Source: Mayamaea pseudoterrestris
Taxonomy: Eukaryota
Assembly: GCA_027923505.1 (NCBI GenBank)
Contig: BROI01000002.1
Location: 1,736,001 to 1,800,000, forward strand
Direction: 5' to 3'
DNA length: 64,000 nt
Shown here: piece by piece, positions 61,001 to 64,000 of the stretch
How the letters are laid out: every line of letters begins with the position of its first letter
How positions within the stretch are numbered: the first letter of the stretch is position 1
Translations under genes and position numbers: made by a program
The notes under the pieces: generated by a model
The model's input: the letters and a program-made list of their open reading frames with translations, nothing else
What the model was told of the DNA's origin: nothing
The model's database searches: none

Positions 61001-64000
61001 TGCACCTCATTATCCATCACCATGGATGCTATTGGTGATACTTGGCAGATCCAGCACCTTGCTGGATCTGCGAGCAGTGCACCTCAAGAGGCAAGCCAGA
61101 CTGCCGGAATGTCCCACAGAGCCTAGAATACAACTAACATGAAGTTTAATAGTGAATGTGACTGATAGTCTTGTCGTTTTGGGTGTGGAACCCATCATCA
61201 TGCCAGGAGACTCTGCACATTCCACAAATGGTTGAATGTGCCAGCAGTGCACCCTGTTTGGCTACAGGGATCATCAGCATTGCCTGCTCAGCCCTCCAAT
61301 TCCTTTCCATTCATGTTTGTTGACAAGATGGGCTAGGCATTTTGACACATGCACCTCATTATCCACACCATGGATGCTATTGGTGATACTTGGCAGATCC
61401 AGCAACTTGTTGGATCTGCGAGCAGTGCACCTCAAGAGGCAAGCCAGACTGCCGGAATGGCCCACAGAGCCTAGAATACAACTAACATGAAGTTTAATAG
61501 TGAATGGGACTGATAGTCTTGTCGTTTTGGGTGTGGAACCCATTACCATGCCAGGAGACTCCGCACATTCAACAAATGGCTGAATGTGCCAGCAGTGCAC
61601 CCTTTTTGGCTACAGGGATCATCAGCATTGCCTGCTGAGCCCTCCAATCCCTTTCCATTCATGTTTGTTGACATGATGGGCTAGGCATTTTGACACATGC
61701 ACCTCATCATCCACACCATGGATGCTATAGGTGATACTTGGCAGATCCAGCAACTTGTTGGATCTGCAAGCAGTGCACCTCAAGAGGCAAGCCAGACTGC
61801 CAGAATGGCCCACAGAGCCTAGAATACAACTAACATGAAGTTTAATAGTGAATGGGACTGATAGTCTTGTCGTTTTGGGTGTGGAACCCATCACCATGCC
61901 AGGAGTTTCCGCACATTCAACAAATGGCTGAATGTGCCAGCAGTGCACCCTTTTTGGCTACAGGGAGCATCAGCATTGCCTGCTGAGCCTTCCAATCCCT
62001 TTACATTCATGTTTGTTGACATGATGGGCTAGGCATTTTGATACATGCACCTTATTATCCACACCATGGATGCTATAGGTGATACTTGGCAGATCCAACA
62101 ACTTGTTGGATCTGCGAGCAGTGCACCTCAAGAGGCAAGCCAGACTGCCGGAATGACCCACAGAGCCTAGAATACAACAAACATGAAGTTTAATAGTGAA
62201 TGGGACTGCTAGTTTTGTTGTTTTGGGTGTGGAACCCATCACCGTGCCAGGAGTTTCCGCACATTCAACAAATGGTTGAATGTGCCAGCAGTGCACCCTT
62301 TTTGGCTACAGGGATCATCAGCATTGCCTGCTGAGCCCTCCAATCCCTTTCCATTCATGTTTGTTGACATGATGGGCTAGGCATTTTGACACATGCACCT
62401 CATTATCCACACCATGGATGCTATTGGTGATACTTGGCAGATCCAGCAACTTGTTGGATCTGCGAGCAGTGCACCTCAAGAGGCAAGCCAGACTGCCGGA
62501 ATGGCCCACAGAGCCTAGAATACAACTAACATGAAGTTTAATAGTGAATGGGACTGATTGTCTTGTTGTTTTGGGTGTGGAACCCATCACCATGCCAGGA
62601 AACTCTGCACATTCAACCTATGGTTGAATGTGCCAGCAGTGCACCCTTTTTGGCTACAGGGATCATCAGCATTGCCTGCTGAGCCCTCCAATCCATTTCC
62701 ACTCATGTTTGTTGACATGATGGGCTAGGCATTTTGACACATGCACCTCATTATCCACACCATGGATGCTATTGGTGATACTTGGCAGATCCAGCAACTT
62801 GTTGGATCTGCGAGCAGTGCACCTCAAGAGGCAAGCCAGACTGCCGGAATGGCCCACAGAGCCTAGAATACAACTAACATGAAGTTTAATAGTGAATGGG
62901 ACTGCTAGTCTTGTCGTTTTGGGTGTGGAACCCATCACCATGCCAGGAAACTCCGCACATTCAACAAATGGTTGAATGTGCCAGCAGTGCACCCTTTTTG
63001 GCTACAGGGATCATCAGCATTGCCTGCTGAGCCCTCCAATCCCTTTCCATTCATGTATGTTGACATGATGAGCTAGGCATTTTGACACATGCACCTCATT
63101 ATCCACACCATGGATGCTATGGGTGATACTTGGCAGATCCAGCAACTTGTTGGATCTGCGAGCAGTGCACCTCAAGAGGCAAGCCAGACGGCTGGAATGG
63201 CCCACATAGCCTAGAATACAACTAACATGAAGTTTAATAGTGAATAGGACTTATAGTCTTGTCATTTTGGGTGTGGAACACATCACCATGCCAGGAAACT
63301 CTGCACATTCAACAAATGGTTGAATGTGCCAGCAGTGCACCCTTTTTGGCTACAGGGATCATCAGCATTGCCTGCTGAGCCCTCCAATCCCTTTCCATTC
63401 ATGTTTGTTGACATGATGGGCTAGGCATTTTGACACATGCACCTCATTATCCATCACCATGGATGCTATTGGTGATACTTGGCAGATCCAGCAACTTGTT
63501 GGATCTGCGAGCAGTGCACCTCAAGAGGCAAGCCAGACTGCCGGAATGGCCCACATAGCCTAGAATACAACTAACATGAAGTTTAATAGTGAATGGGACT
63601 GATAGTCTTGTCGTTTTGGGTGTGGAACCCATCACCATGCCAGGAAACTCCGCACATTCAACAAATGGTTGAATGTGCCAGCAGTGCACCCTTTTTGGCT
63701 ACAGGGATCATCAGCATTGCCTGCTGAGCCCTCCAATCCCTTTCCATTCATGTTTGTTGACATGATGGGCTAGGCATTTTGACACATGCACCTCATTATC
63801 CACACCATGGATGCTATTGGTAATACTTGGCAGATCCAGCAACATGTTGGGTCTGCGAGCAGCGCACCTCAAAAGGCAAGCCAGAATGCCGGAATGGCAC
63901 ACAGACCCTAGAATACAACTATCATGAAGTTTAATAGTGAATGGGACCAATAGTCTTGTCGTTTTGGGTGTGGAACCCATCACCATGCCAGGAAACTCCG
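58084..64000. repeat. ~348-bp tandem satellite, block 2 (about 17 units, runs off the window end)
   Basis: Same unit; ORF-track echoes at 61274, 61622, 61970, 62318, 62666 and 63014 show an exact 348 spacing. Confidence 0.98.

Noticed and set aside
55212..63986. Repeated 60-108-aa ORFs (MHCWHIQP...) as a gene family
   Set aside because: They are by-products of the 348-bp period, mostly with non-ATG starts, freely broken by indels between copies and without a recognisable domain
55048..64000. 5S rRNA, tRNA or telomere repeat array
   Set aside because: No recognisable 5S or tRNA sequence and no short telomeric motif in the unit

Overview
Gene-dense eukaryotic nuclear DNA, most likely from a pennate diatom. 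The inference rests on short GT-AG introns, signal-peptide+F plastid presequences, a nucleus-encoded mitochondrial ATP synthase alpha, a diatom-type GPCR and LRR protein, and a CoDi-type copia relic. Bases 1-55 kb hold about 20 protein genes: REI1/ZNF622, MAM33 family, C2CD5-like, a plastid sigma-70-like factor, ATP1, a GPCR, a TM-LRR protein, a DUF1995-like protein, GrxB, SPF27/BCAS2, an ATPase-TPR protein, NAA25 and several unknowns. Two LTR insertions disrupt host genes. One is a 3'-truncated copia relic next to a headless HAD gene. The other is a 3.25-kb Ty3/gypsy-derived non-autonomous element with identical 161-bp LTRs and a CGGGG target-site duplication. A 42-bp repeat array lies in a divergent promoter. 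From ~55.0 kb to the window end runs a ~348-bp tandem satellite, interrupted once by a duplicated NAA25 3' end. The most striking observation is that each 348-bp unit is a diverged dimer of ~174-bp halves whose best-conserved part is a 27-bp palindrome with compensatory substitutions followed by AGCAGTGCACC. All calls were made by eye, with no database searches.
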